A stretch of DNA of 56,504 nt from Bdellovibrio sp. (GCA_024711265.1 JANJTG010000303.1:1-56504), one strand, 5' to 3'. Positions 20,409 to 29,319 are shown, counted from the first letter of the stretch. The notes: generated by a model from the sequence alone, not told the origin. Made by a program: numbers and translations.

Positions 20409-20852
20409 CTATCTGCCTATCTCTAAAGCCGACAGAGCCATGTCCTTGGATGCCTGTAAAGCCGTCACGTTCGCCTCATAGGAACGGGACGCCTGTATCA
20501 TATTGGTCATCTCTTCCATGAGGTTGATATTGGGATAAGCCACATAGCCATCCGCATTTGCATCAGGATGATCCGGTTCATACTTCAACAAAGGAGCTTT
20601 GCGGTCTGAAATCACGTCTGTGACTTGCACTCGCTGAAAGCTGCCAGCCGGATCCGATGAGGTGATGATCTCCCCAAAATTCTTCGCGTCTGGCATGGCT
20701 TCAAAAACCACGTCCTTACGGCGGTAGGGGCCCCCCTCCGGGGTCTGGGTCGTATTGATATTGGCAATATTGCTGGCAATGGTATTCATGCGCATTCTTT
20801 GCGCCGCCATACCACTGCTGCTGACTCTCATCCCTGTCAAAAAATCAGCCAT
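20409..20852 (-). CDS. flgC: Flagellar basal-body rod protein
   Basis: SNIANINTT..GGPYRRK, YEPDHPDANADGYVAYPNIN, ASRSYEAN. Confidence 0.96.
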   Translation of the reverse strand: MADFLTGMRVSSSGMAAQRMRMNTIASNIANINTTQTPEGGPYRRKDVVFEAMPDAKNFGEIITSSDPAGSFQRVQVTDVISDRKAPLLKYEPDHPDANADGYVAYPNINLMEEMTNMIQASRSYEANVTALQASKDMALSALEIGR

Positions 20853-20855
20853 CTA

Positions 20856-21269
20856 TTACCGCCCTTCAGTCGCGGCATACTTCAAAGCTGCCATTTTTTT
20901 ATTAATCAACTGCAAAGCCGCTTTGTACATGATCGCATTCTCAGACAAAGCCGACATTTCTTTTTCCACGTCCACGGTGTTGCCGTCATTATTCACAGCC
21001 CCTTCAGGGTCTTCATAGATATCGGGACGAGTTTTCGTGACGGAGTTCCCGCCCACCGCGAAGTGTTCAGGACTGCTGGTGCTTAATGAATTGCCGCCAT
21101 CCAAGTCGAGGGCTCTTTGCAAGGCCCCTTCAAAATCCATCTTCTTGGCGTGATACCCGGGGGTCTCTGCATTGGCGATGTTTGACGAGGTCACGTTGTG
21201 ACGGAGCTGCCTCATCGACAACGACGTGGCTAGAGCGTTGGTTGTTTTATCAAAAAGTCCACTACTCAT
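20856..21269 (-). CDS. flgB: Flagellar basal-body rod protein
   Basis: SNIANAETPGY, DGNTVDVEKEM. Confidence 0.95.
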   Translation of the reverse strand: MSSGLFDKTTNALATSLSMRQLRHNVTSSNIANAETPGYHAKKMDFEGALQRALDLDGGNSLSTSSPEHFAVGGNSVTKTRPDIYEDPEGAVNNDGNTVDVEKEMSALSENAIMYKAALQLINKKMAALKYAATEGR

Positions 21270-22108
21270 AAAACCCCTTCCTCCTTGTATTCATTAAGTT
21301 TATTTCTCAATGTTCTAATACTAATGCCTAACATCTGTGCCGCCCGGGTCCGGTTCTGAGCCGTCAACTCCAAGGTCTGTAGAATAAGACGCTTTTCCAC
21401 CTCGGAAAGGGACATCCCTGGCGCAAAATCCAGGGCCATATCTTCAACAATAGCCTCAAACTGAATGGATTCGGGCCCAATCAGTGAAGATTTTGCAAGG
21501 ACCACCGCTCTTTCAAGCACATTCTCAAGCTCCCGGATGTTGCCAGGCCAATTCCAAGAGTTCAGACGCTCGTAAGCTTCCGCCGTTAGACGCAGTCCAC
21601 TTTTGCCGTGAATGATCTGCGCCACTTCCAGAATAAAATTCACAATGTTCTGAAAATCCAGGGTGCGATCTTCAAGGCGGGGAACTTCCAAATGCACCAC
21701 CGCCAACTTATAGAAGAGATCTTGGCGAAACTGCTCTTGTTTTACCAAAGCTCGAATGTCACGACGAGATGTTGAAATGAAACGAGGGCGAGAGCCATCT
21801 GTTCTTTCCACCAACTTCATCAAATCATTTTGTATAGTGACACTTGCGCAATCGAGATCTTCAATCAAAAGAGTCCCACCATCCACTTTAGAAAAATCAA
21901 AACCACCGGCATTCTTGCAATCCAGACAATACAAACGCGGCGAACGGCTTTTTGTGTAGACGTACCGAGCCAAACTTGTTTTTCCAACACCAGCGTCCCC
22001 AACAATCAATAAACTTGCTTGGGTCCCGGCCAATTGCATACTGAGTTGCTTTACCTCATGCATTTTTCTATCTTCGATATGTAAAGCATCAAAATCAAAG
22101 TACGACAT
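21266..22108 (-). CDS. Degenerate sigma-54 enhancer-binding-like protein (AAA+ and Fis HTH; no REC, no GAFTGA)
   Basis: GDAGVGKT, FRQDLFYKL, WPGNIRELENVLERA, HTH LGISIRTLRNKL; GAFTGA loop absent; Walker B reads LLIED. Confidence 0.85.
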   Translation of the reverse strand: MSYFDFDALHIEDRKMHEVKQLSMQLAGTQASLLIVGDAGVGKTSLARYVYTKSRSPRLYCLDCKNAGGFDFSKVDGGTLLIEDLDCASVTIQNDLMKLVERTDGSRPRFISTSRRDIRALVKQEQFRQDLFYKLAVVHLEVPRLEDRTLDFQNIVNFILEVAQIIHGKSGLRLTAEAYERLNSWNWPGNIRELENVLERAVVLAKSSLIGPESIQFEAIVEDMALDFAPGMSLSEVEKRLILQTLELTAQNRTRAAQMLGISIRTLRNKLNEYKEEGVL

Positions 22109-22116
22109 CAAAACTC

Positions 22117-24912
22117 CTATTTGACTTGCTCGTTCTCAGACATCGCTGGAATTCTCTTGATATATTTCTTATAACCATCGCGCCATTCGGAATTCTTCAA
22201 TTGCTCTTGGGCTAAGTTCTTCCAAAATGCGCTTTTTTCGCCTTTAAAGTCATTCCACACTTCCGCCGCTTTTTGAATTTCACCACGCTTGAAGTAGATC
22301 TGACCTAGCTTGTAACGAATGGAGGATAACGGACGGCTGTCTTCGTATTTTTCAAGAAGACGATCATAAGAGGCCGTCGCTTTTTCTTCCTGACCTTTTT
22401 CCAAATAGATGTCACCCATCATTTCCAATGCTTTCGCATGAATGGTGGCGGCGACTTTTCCAGAGTCTTTGGACAACTGATCAACCATTTCCAACGCCTG
22501 AAGTGCCTCAACCGCTCGTCCTTGTTTTAATTGCAAGTCGGCCAACTTAAGATACGGATCTGCCACCAATGATGGCTGCCCTTTCCAAGTTCTTAAAAGT
22601 TCGCCCAGATAGCGAATCGCGGATTCATGATCTCCCCGTTTTTCCAAAAGACGAACAGCAATATTCACTCTTTCGATTTGATCTTGTTCTTTGAGCTGTT
22701 CAGGCGATTTGATATTTTTTAGATACTCATAAGCTTGATTGTATTTGTGTTCCTGATTAAAAACAGAAGCCAAACGCAGATTCAATTCGTTTTCTGACGG
22801 GCTTTGCTCTGTAACTTGAATTTCTTTGGCCTCTTGAGTTCCACGGATCGCATAAGTGCGGTTCAAAACATCTTTATAATATTTTTCAGCCTCGGCAGGG
22901 GCTCCGCCCATTTCAAAAGCTCTGCCAATATTATATTTCGTATCCAGACGCTTGGAATTCTTCAACCAAGTATCAGCATACTGACTGTGTGTCTTAAGAG
23001 CGCGAATGAAATTTCCTTCGTCCACTTCTGTCTGAAGTTTTTCATTAATATTGGCGACAATTCGATTTGTCAGCAAAGGCACATCCACGGAAGTCGGATG
23101 CTCCTTATAGTATTTAGACAAAAGGTCGATTGCTTTTTGATGTTCATCCCGACTGGCGTATCCATCGGCCACCATGATTGTGGCAAACTGCTCCATATTT
23201 GGAAGATCCACTTTTTTCGCCAAAGACATGATTTCACCGACGGCGTTATTCACTTCTTTGGGTTTCATGCCCTTCATGCGAGCACTAAGAAGACGAAGGC
23301 GCGCAATCACCGCGCTTGGATTTTCACCATAGCGAAAGTAGGTTTCAAGATAAGCTCCCATTACACGAGACTTGTCGGCGCCAAAAATCTCAAGAAGTTC
23401 TCCCAACCGAGTCATCGCAAAAGGTGCGTGATTGCTGCTAGGGAATCTCTTAACGAAATCACGATAAACATCCAAGCTTTGATTGTATTTCTTCGTCCAG
23501 AACAAGGATTCCGCCTGATTGTAATAAGCGTTTGGATATGAATTTTGTCCCTCTGGATATTTCGCCAGTGCTTTTTGATATTCATCAATGGCCTTCGTAT
23601 AATTTTTTGCACGAACCCAAACGTCACCACGACGGAAAGCCGCTTCCACTTTCAAATCACGATTTTTCGAGTTCTTTTCAACTGAATCAAACTGAGCAAT
23701 GGCATCATCCCATTTGCTCAACTTCATAAAAGCCAAACCACTCCCTAAACGAGCCAGGTCTTTAGAAACAGCCTCACTATCACCAAAGTTCTTATTTTCA
23801 ATATGCTCGTTAAAAAGACGGAGTGCCCCTAAAAAGTCCCCTTTTTCAAAGGCCAAATAGCCGATCTTTAAGGAGGTTCTTTCCGCCAACGGTGAACGCG
23901 GATATTTGGCGACGGCGTCTTTATATCTTTGGATGGCCTCATCATAGTTCAGACCTCGGCCCTCATTTTGCCACAAAGCCAAATGAACATCCGCCGTCAT
24001 ATAATCAATGACTTCGTTATATTCAGATTCAGGATACTTTTCTTTAAACCACTGTCGTGTCTTCAGGAACACGGCATATCGCTGTTTTTCAAAAAGAGTT
24101 AATAACAAACGGGCCTGTTTGTTTTCCTCCGTCGACTTTACAGAGATCTCATAAATTGTCGGAGTGACCTTCATTTTTTCCCAATAAGTCACAGGGGTCT
24201 CTAACATGGGAAAGGGGATATAATAGTTGTCTTTAGCGCGAATCAAGGACTCTTCTTTGATTTCATAGTCCTTAATAGAAAAGCGGCTGTACTCGGGATC
24301 GCCCCCATCAAAGATCCCTGACTTTACAACATTTTCATTTTGTGCGACGGCCACACCCTGATTACTGATAGCCAAGGCATCTGCAGTTGCGGGCTTTCTT
24401 TTTTTATCAGTTTTAATTTTAGCTACTTCTTTTGTGGATTTAGCGGGCAACTCCGTTGGAAGAGTTTCCATCTTTTTTGCCTCTGCCACAGGTTTGCTGG
24501 ATTTCTTGGCTTTGGAGGCATTGGGGTTTAAATAGAAATCCATGATCAAACGTGAGGGCTGATCCGTCAGATAATCGAAGGTGTCGATATCTTCACCCGA
24601 TAAAGTAAACGAAACCACGTGCTTACCATCTGGTCCTTTGGGATCCACCGAAACTTGAGTTACGAAATCACTTTTAAAGGAGTTCAAAGACTTGATCGTG
24701 GACTCATCTAAGGCGGGCACCGTCATCTCAACAACGGTCTGACCTTTTTTTTCAAGACGTTTAACATCATAGTCCCAGTTCTGTTGACCGAGAAACTCCA
24801 AGTGAACCGTGTCCCCTTGGAAATTAATCACGCCATTGACCTTATTAGCCTCTGCTGAAGCTAGACCTAAGAACAGGCATCCTGCCATAATCACAAATCG
24901 CAAAGTGTTCAC
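22117..24912 (-). CDS. Large exported tetratricopeptide-repeat protein, first gene of flagellar operon
   Basis: Signal peptide ending ASAEA from GTG24912 or TTG24903; N-terminal beta-rich domain; many TPR/YfiO-like repeats (KYPRSPLA, RFPSSNHA). Confidence 0.85.
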   Translation of the reverse strand: MNTLRFVIMAGCLFLGLASAEANKVNGVINFQGDTVHLEFLGQQNWDYDVKRLEKKGQTVVEMTVPALDESTIKSLNSFKSDFVTQVSVDPKGPDGKHVVSFTLSGEDIDTFDYLTDQPSRLIMDFYLNPNASKAKKSSKPVAEAKKMETLPTELPAKSTKEVAKIKTDKKRKPATADALAISNQGVAVAQNENVVKSGIFDGGDPEYSRFSIKDYEIKEESLIRAKDNYYIPFPMLETPVTYWEKMKVTPTIYEISVKSTEENKQARLLLTLFEKQRYAVFLKTRQWFKEKYPESEYNEVIDYMTADVHLALWQNEGRGLNYDEAIQRYKDAVAKYPRSPLAERTSLKIGYLAFEKGDFLGALRLFNEHIENKNFGDSEAVSKDLARLGSGLAFMKLSKWDDAIAQFDSVEKNSKNRDLKVEAAFRRGDVWVRAKNYTKAIDEYQKALAKYPEGQNSYPNAYYNQAESLFWTKKYNQSLDVYRDFVKRFPSSNHAPFAMTRLGELLEIFGADKSRVMGAYLETYFRYGENPSAVIARLRLLSARMKGMKPKEVNNAVGEIMSLAKKVDLPNMEQFATIMVADGYASRDEHQKAIDLLSKYYKEHPTSVDVPLLTNRIVANINEKLQTEVDEGNFIRALKTHSQYADTWLKNSKRLDTKYNIGRAFEMGGAPAEAEKYYKDVLNRTYAIRGTQEAKEIQVTEQSPSENELNLRLASVFNQEHKYNQAYEYLKNIKSPEQLKEQDQIERVNIAVRLLEKRGDHESAIRYLGELLRTWKGQPSLVADPYLKLADLQLKQGRAVEALQALEMVDQLSKDSGKVAATIHAKALEMMGDIYLEKGQEEKATASYDRLLEKYEDSRPLSSIRYKLGQIYFKRGEIQKAAEVWNDFKGEKSAFWKNLAQEQLKNSEWRDGYKKYIKRIPAMSENEQVK

Positions 24913-24945
24913 TCCTTGAACCCCTTCTTTTCCTTCCTTGTGCCG

Positions 24946-24963
24946 TTGCACATACGGTGCCAG
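24946..24963 (-). promoter_or_regulatory. Sigma-54 (-24/-12) promoter of flagellar operon
   Basis: Minus strand CTGGCACCGTATGTGCAA = GG-N10-GC, close to TGGCACG-N4-TTGC; about 35-45 nt before the TPR gene start. Confidence 0.75.
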
Positions 24964-25023
24964 CCCTTTCGAAGGTCCATTGGCAAATATGTTCAAGATG
25001 GGCAAAAAGTTTCATAGAATTTC

Positions 25024-25048
25024 TGTCAGGCCTGACAAACTCATGACA
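25024..25048. promoter_or_regulatory. Composite operator: palindrome TGTCAGGCCTGACA overlapping direct repeat TGACA-N6-TGACA
   Basis: Palindrome 25024-25037; TGACA at 25033 and 25044. Confidence 0.6.
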
Positions 25049-25116
25049 GAGACTTTGGTCCTAATTCGTATTGTCAGACTGAATTTTCCATCAAAAGATT
25101 CCGATAGATAGGCGTT

Positions 25117-25605
25117 ATGAGAAACCACTTTGTTGTATGCATCATGAGTCTGCTTCTTGGAAGTTGTGTGTCGGTTCAATTCCCCGGCGGGAAATCCGCG
25201 CCAGCAAAGGATGTGGAGTATAAAGCTCCCTCCGCGCCCTACAAGGAAATCACCACCTCCAAGGCCGATAAGACCTGGTTAAGCTCCAAAACGGGCAACA
25301 CCATTTCCTATCTTTCAGAATGCGGAAACGGCAGCGATCCTTCTCTGGCACAAATTGAAAATGAATCTTTGAGTGCGCTCAGCAATTTGGAAGTCGTGAA
25401 GTCGGAAGCACTGACTTACAACTCCAGAGCTGCTCACCAAACCGTCGCTCATGGCGAAGTCGACGGCATCCCTGTGCAGATCTCCCTTTTGGTATTTAAG
25501 AAAAATGGTTGTAACTACACGCTGAGCTACGGTGGCGTTAAAGAGCAGTTTGCTTCTGAACAGCTCAGTTTTGAAGAATTTAAACGAAACTTTAAGGCAC
25601 CCTGA
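25117..25605 (+). CDS. Lipoprotein, probable PsbP/DcrB/Mog1-like fold
   Basis: LLGSC lipobox; C-terminal strand-strand-helix pattern (LLVFKKNGCNYTLSY...FEEFKRNF); stop overlaps mlaE start. Confidence 0.6.
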   Translation: MRNHFVVCIMSLLLGSCVSVQFPGGKSAPAKDVEYKAPSAPYKEITTSKADKTWLSSKTGNTISYLSECGNGSDPSLAQIENESLSALSNLEVVKSEALTYNSRAAHQTVAHGEVDGIPVQISLLVFKKNGCNYTLSYGGVKEQFASEQLSFEEFKRNFKAP

Positions 25606-26390
25606 TGAATAACCTTGGATTGCCCTTCACCGTTTTCTTAATGGAAATCCTTCACTTCGTAGGAGGCGTGGGCCTTTTGACTCGTGAAGTACTGAAGGAA
25701 CTCAAGGGTCGCTTCTACTGGAAACTTCTGGCTGAACAAATTTTTCAAATTGGGGCCCGTTCTTTGCCGCTCATTGTGATCACCGCCGTCAGCACCGGAA
25801 TGGTGATGTCCCTGCAATTTGGTCTGGGGCTGGAAAAGTTTGGCGGAAAACTCTATGTTCCTAAATTGCTGGCCGTCACCATCCTGCGAGAGATGGGACC
25901 TGTTTTCACAAGCCTAATGTTGGCCGCTCGCGTGGGTGCCGGCATTGCCTCTGAAATCGGAAGTATGGTCGTCACTCAGCAAATCGACGCCATTCGAGCT
26001 CTTGGAACTTCGCCAATTAAAAAAATCGTCATCCCTCGTGTGATGGCTTGTTTGATCGCCCTTCCCATTCTTGTTTCTATCGCCAACATCGTGGGAAATA
26101 CCGGAGGCTTGATTATCGGGGCCACTGAACTCAATCTCGATCCTAACTTCTATTTGTTGAAAGTCCTAACCACCTCCTCTATCAAAGACTATCTTTCTGG
26201 CTTTGGAAAAACATTTTTCTTTGCTCTGTTTATCGCAATCCCCTCTTGCTACTTCGGCCTCACTGTTCAGAACGGCACCAAAGAAGTCGGCATTGCGACA
26301 ACCAAGGCCGTGGTGGTGTCCTCCATTCTTATCCTCGTTGGCGACTTCTTCTTATCAAAACTCTTTTGGATCGTGGAGAAGATGGTATGA
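25605..26390 (+). CDS. mlaE: MlaE-family ABC permease (MCE system)
   Basis: LREMGPVFTSLMLAARVGAGIASEIGSM..TQQIDAIRALG, VGIATTKAVV. Confidence 0.93.
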   Translation: MNNLGLPFTVFLMEILHFVGGVGLLTREVLKELKGRFYWKLLAEQIFQIGARSLPLIVITAVSTGMVMSLQFGLGLEKFGGKLYVPKLLAVTILREMGPVFTSLMLAARVGAGIASEIGSMVVTQQIDAIRALGTSPIKKIVIPRVMACLIALPILVSIANIVGNTGGLIIGATELNLDPNFYLLKVLTTSSIKDYLSGFGKTFFFALFIAIPSCYFGLTVQNGTKEVGIATTKAVVVSSILILVGDFFLSKLFWIVEKMV

Positions 26391-27133
26391 GTGATGTAAA
26401 ACGAGGCGTCATCGAAGTCGTTGATTTTTACAAATCGTTTGGCTCTAAAAAGGTCCACGAAGGCGTCAGCTTTTATGTTCGCAAAGGAGAATGTCTTGGC
26501 CTGATCGGAGGCTCTGGGACCGGCAAGAGTGTGCTTTTGCGCAGTCTCGTGGGACTGGAAAAACCAGATCAGGGACAGATTCTTATCAACGGCGTCGACA
26601 TCGCCCCCATGCGCGAACAAGAGTTAGTGGAAATTCGCAAGAAAGTTGCCTACGCGTTTCAAGGTGGGGCTTTGTTTGACTCTATGACTGTCTATGAAAA
26701 TTTGGCTTACCCCCTGCGTGAACACTTTCAATATTCTGAGAAGGAAATCGCGCAAAAGATTCACGAACAACTTTTGGAGTTTGGACTTCCTGGTTCCGAA
26801 GGTCTTTTTCCAGGAAATCTTTCTGGAGGAATGCAAAAACGCGTGGGATTGGCTCGCGCCATGATGATGCATCCTGATGTGGTTTTATATGATGAGCCGA
26901 CGGCAGGGCTGGATCCCTACAACACCAAACGTATTCAAGAATCTATTCTTTCGCTGAAAGCCAAAGGAGTCACTTCTATTTTGGTCACTCATGATATGCC
27001 CACGGTCTATGCCGTCTGCGACAAGGTCGCTCTTCTGCAAAACCGTCGCATCAGCGAGCAATACACTATCGACAAACTTAAACAAGCCCCCGAGGGCCCG
27101 ATGAGTCAGTTTATTAACGGAGAAAGTGCATAA
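26387..27133 (+). CDS. mlaF: MlaF-family ABC ATPase
   Basis: GGSGTGKS, FQGGALFDSMTV, LSGGMQKRVGLARA, YDEPTAGLDP; ATG26387 with GGAGA SD. Confidence 0.92.
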   Translation: MSDVKRGVIEVVDFYKSFGSKKVHEGVSFYVRKGECLGLIGGSGTGKSVLLRSLVGLEKPDQGQILINGVDIAPMREQELVEIRKKVAYAFQGGALFDSMTVYENLAYPLREHFQYSEKEIAQKIHEQLLEFGLPGSEGLFPGNLSGGMQKRVGLARAMMMHPDVVLYDEPTAGLDPYNTKRIQESILSLKAKGVTSILVTHDMPTVYAVCDKVALLQNRRISEQYTIDKLKQAPEGPMSQFINGESA

Positions 27134-27948
27134 TGGAATCTCAAACAGGCACTCAAATCAGAGTTGGAATTTTTCTTTCCGTTGGAATCGTATTTATCCT
27201 AGGATCGATCTTCTTCCTGGGAGCCGATCGCGCTCTTTTTACTAGTTACGTCCGGGTTCACGCTCACTTCGAGCAAGTTCAAGGGCTTTCCTCAGGCAGT
27301 GTCGTCTCCCTGTCAGGGATTACCGTCGGCAACGTCGAAAGCATCACTTTCTTGCCAGAGAAAAATGCTCTGGATGTAAAGATGAAGATCAATGCGGAAT
27401 ACATCGGCCGTCTTCGCCAAGGATCCCAAGTGGAGATTCGCACACAAGGAGCTTTGGGTGATAAGTTCGTCTATATCATTCCCGGCGACCCTCGCAATGA
27501 AGTGATTAAAGAAGGGGAAATTCTGGACGTTGCAAAGGCGACGGATCTTCTGGGCATTATCTCTGAACGTGGGAGCGAAACAAACCGCATTTTCGATATC
27601 ATCAACGAACTCTATAAAATCACTCATGCCATGAACGCCGACAATCGCTTTGGTCGTCTGATGGGAAATCTTGAAAGTGCCAGTACAAGTCTCACTCTGG
27701 CCAGTAAAGAGGCGCAAAAGTTCGTGACTCAAATCAACGCCCATGGCGGGGGTGAAAAGTTTGGCCGCTCCATTGATAAGTTAGATTCAATCATGGCGAA
27801 GATTGATAAAGGGGAAGGAACTCTGGGAGCCCTCATCAATGATCCTTCGATTCACAACCAACTAAAATCCATGTTAGGTGGTTCTTCTCGCAAAGAACAC
27901 GTCAAGTCCTTACTGCGCACTTCGATTGAGAAGGAAAGTAAAGACTGA
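27133..27948 (+). CDS. mlaD: MlaD/MCE-domain protein with helical extension
   Basis: N-terminal TM, GLSSGSVVSLSGITVGNV, TQGALGDKFV, GEGTLGALIND. Confidence 0.9.
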   Translation: MESQTGTQIRVGIFLSVGIVFILGSIFFLGADRALFTSYVRVHAHFEQVQGLSSGSVVSLSGITVGNVESITFLPEKNALDVKMKINAEYIGRLRQGSQVEIRTQGALGDKFVYIIPGDPRNEVIKEGEILDVAKATDLLGIISERGSETNRIFDIINELYKITHAMNADNRFGRLMGNLESASTSLTLASKEAQKFVTQINAHGGGEKFGRSIDKLDSIMAKIDKGEGTLGALINDPSIHNQLKSMLGGSSRKEHVKSLLRTSIEKESKD

Positions 27949-28055
27949 CCCTCGGGAACCGTGACTGGCAATTTTAGGCACTATCAATTTTTTTGACAGT
28001 TCTACTCGTTTTTATGATTCCTGGGCGGTGTTGCATTTTTGCAAGGCAGGAACGC

Positions 28056-28886
28056 ATGAGAAAACTGATCGTCTTTGCCCTCATGTTAAGTGCTTGCCAA
28101 GGCTCCTTCACCACGGCAGAGCTTCACTCGAATTTGAATAATGCAGATTCTATTGTCGGTGGGGTCGTCGTTTCGTCCCAGGACCCTTTAAATCAAAAAG
28201 CTTTTTCGTTGCGGGTTTTGTCGAATCCTAAAACCGTTCAGGAGGGTGACGCCACAACCACGCTTTATTCAGTCTCGCAATGTACCGCCAGCGCCTTAAG
28301 CCCACGTATCATTCTCACGGCCGCTCACTGCGTCTCTTCGACGGCCACGGTCCATCGTATTGAGTTGCCGACCGACGATGGAAAAAAAGCCATTTATAAT
28401 GTCGCCAAAGCTATCGCTCATCCGGATTACGCTAAAAATGGCTTATCAGATTTGGCGCTGATGCTTTTAGAGGTCTCTTTACCCGAAAATATTGAGGTGC
28501 TGAAACTTCCTTCTAAAGACATGGTTTTGAATCTTAAGACCATTCAAGCGGCGGGCTTTGGGCGCATGGATGGAAGAAAAACGGTCCCAGGTGGAATTGG
28601 AGTTTTAAGAGCCGTCAACCTGGACGTGATTAACTATTCTCCCCAGGCCCCTGTTTTTTTTGTTGATCAGACCGCCGGAAAAGGAATTTGCCAGGGAGAC
28701 TCGGGCGGACCCGCCATGGTAAATATCAATGGGAAAACCCATGTTGTGGGTGTTGTTTCGAAAACTCGATACACTCCGTCCCCGGATGGGAATCACGACT
28801 ACTGCAACTTCAGAGGACAGTACGTCAATATTTCCGTCTTTTTAGATTGGATTCACACAACGGCCGCACAACTTTCTCAACAATAA
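28056..28886 (+). CDS. S1 (trypsin-fold) serine protease, lipoprotein
   Basis: LSAC lipobox, IVGG, LTAAHC, DLAL, GDSGGP triad motifs. Confidence 0.92.
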   Translation: MRKLIVFALMLSACQGSFTTAELHSNLNNADSIVGGVVVSSQDPLNQKAFSLRVLSNPKTVQEGDATTTLYSVSQCTASALSPRIILTAAHCVSSTATVHRIELPTDDGKKAIYNVAKAIAHPDYAKNGLSDLALMLLEVSLPENIEVLKLPSKDMVLNLKTIQAAGFGRMDGRKTVPGGIGVLRAVNLDVINYSPQAPVFFVDQTAGKGICQGDSGGPAMVNINGKTHVVGVVSKTRYTPSPDGNHDYCNFRGQYVNISVFLDWIHTTAAQLSQQ

Positions 28887-28900
28887 AGTGAATGTTTTTT

Positions 28901-29296
28901 TCAGTCGTTATCGCCCTCGGGAGCAATCTTTTGGATCATCTCGCGAAAGCCCTCCTGATCTGAGTTCGGAACCTCACGACGATCCAGAGTGAATTTGATA
29001 TATTTTACAAAGTTCTTTTCAAATTTCTGATTGATGGTGTCGCGGATATGATCTTTCATAAAAATCATCTGCTGCATCCAGGTGGAATTACGCACCCAAA
29101 CGTAAAGAACACCCCTTTGAAATCCCACAGGTTCGGCATTTTTCGAGATCGTGGGCCCCACAACCTCTTCCCATTTAGCCCATAACTTCCAACGCATAAA
29201 CTGCTCTGACAATGGCGACTTGCCATTTTCAAAAAGACTCTGTAGTACTTCCGAGCCGACAGATAATTTACCTTTGGGTTTCTTGTTGGAATCCAT
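28901..29296 (-). CDS. DUF721/DciA-family protein
   Basis: WEEVVGPTIS..AEP...GVLYVWVRNSTWMQQM. Confidence 0.8.
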   Translation of the reverse strand: MDSNKKPKGKLSVGSEVLQSLFENGKSPLSEQFMRWKLWAKWEEVVGPTISKNAEPVGFQRGVLYVWVRNSTWMQQMIFMKDHIRDTINQKFEKNFVKYIKFTLDRREVPNSDQEGFREMIQKIAPEGDND

Positions 29297-29319
29297 GTAA
29301 GAAAAGGTCTACCACAAAG

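Noticed and set aside
19695-20426. 243-aa plus-strand ORF
   Set aside because: Antisense to fliF/fliE; shadow ORF
22804-23541. 245-aa plus-strand ORF
   Set aside because: Antisense shadow of the TPR gene; no motifs or convincing start
24913-25005. N-terminal extension of the TPR ORF, and similar extensions of HU, livG, mlaF, trmFO, tdk and BON in the ORF track
   Set aside because: Downstream starts have better SD sites, signal peptides or family-typical N-termini
25080-25108. Possible sigma-28 promoter (TGAA...TCCGATAG) before the lipoprotein
   Set aside because: Poor -35 and spacing off by one; not supportable without TSS data
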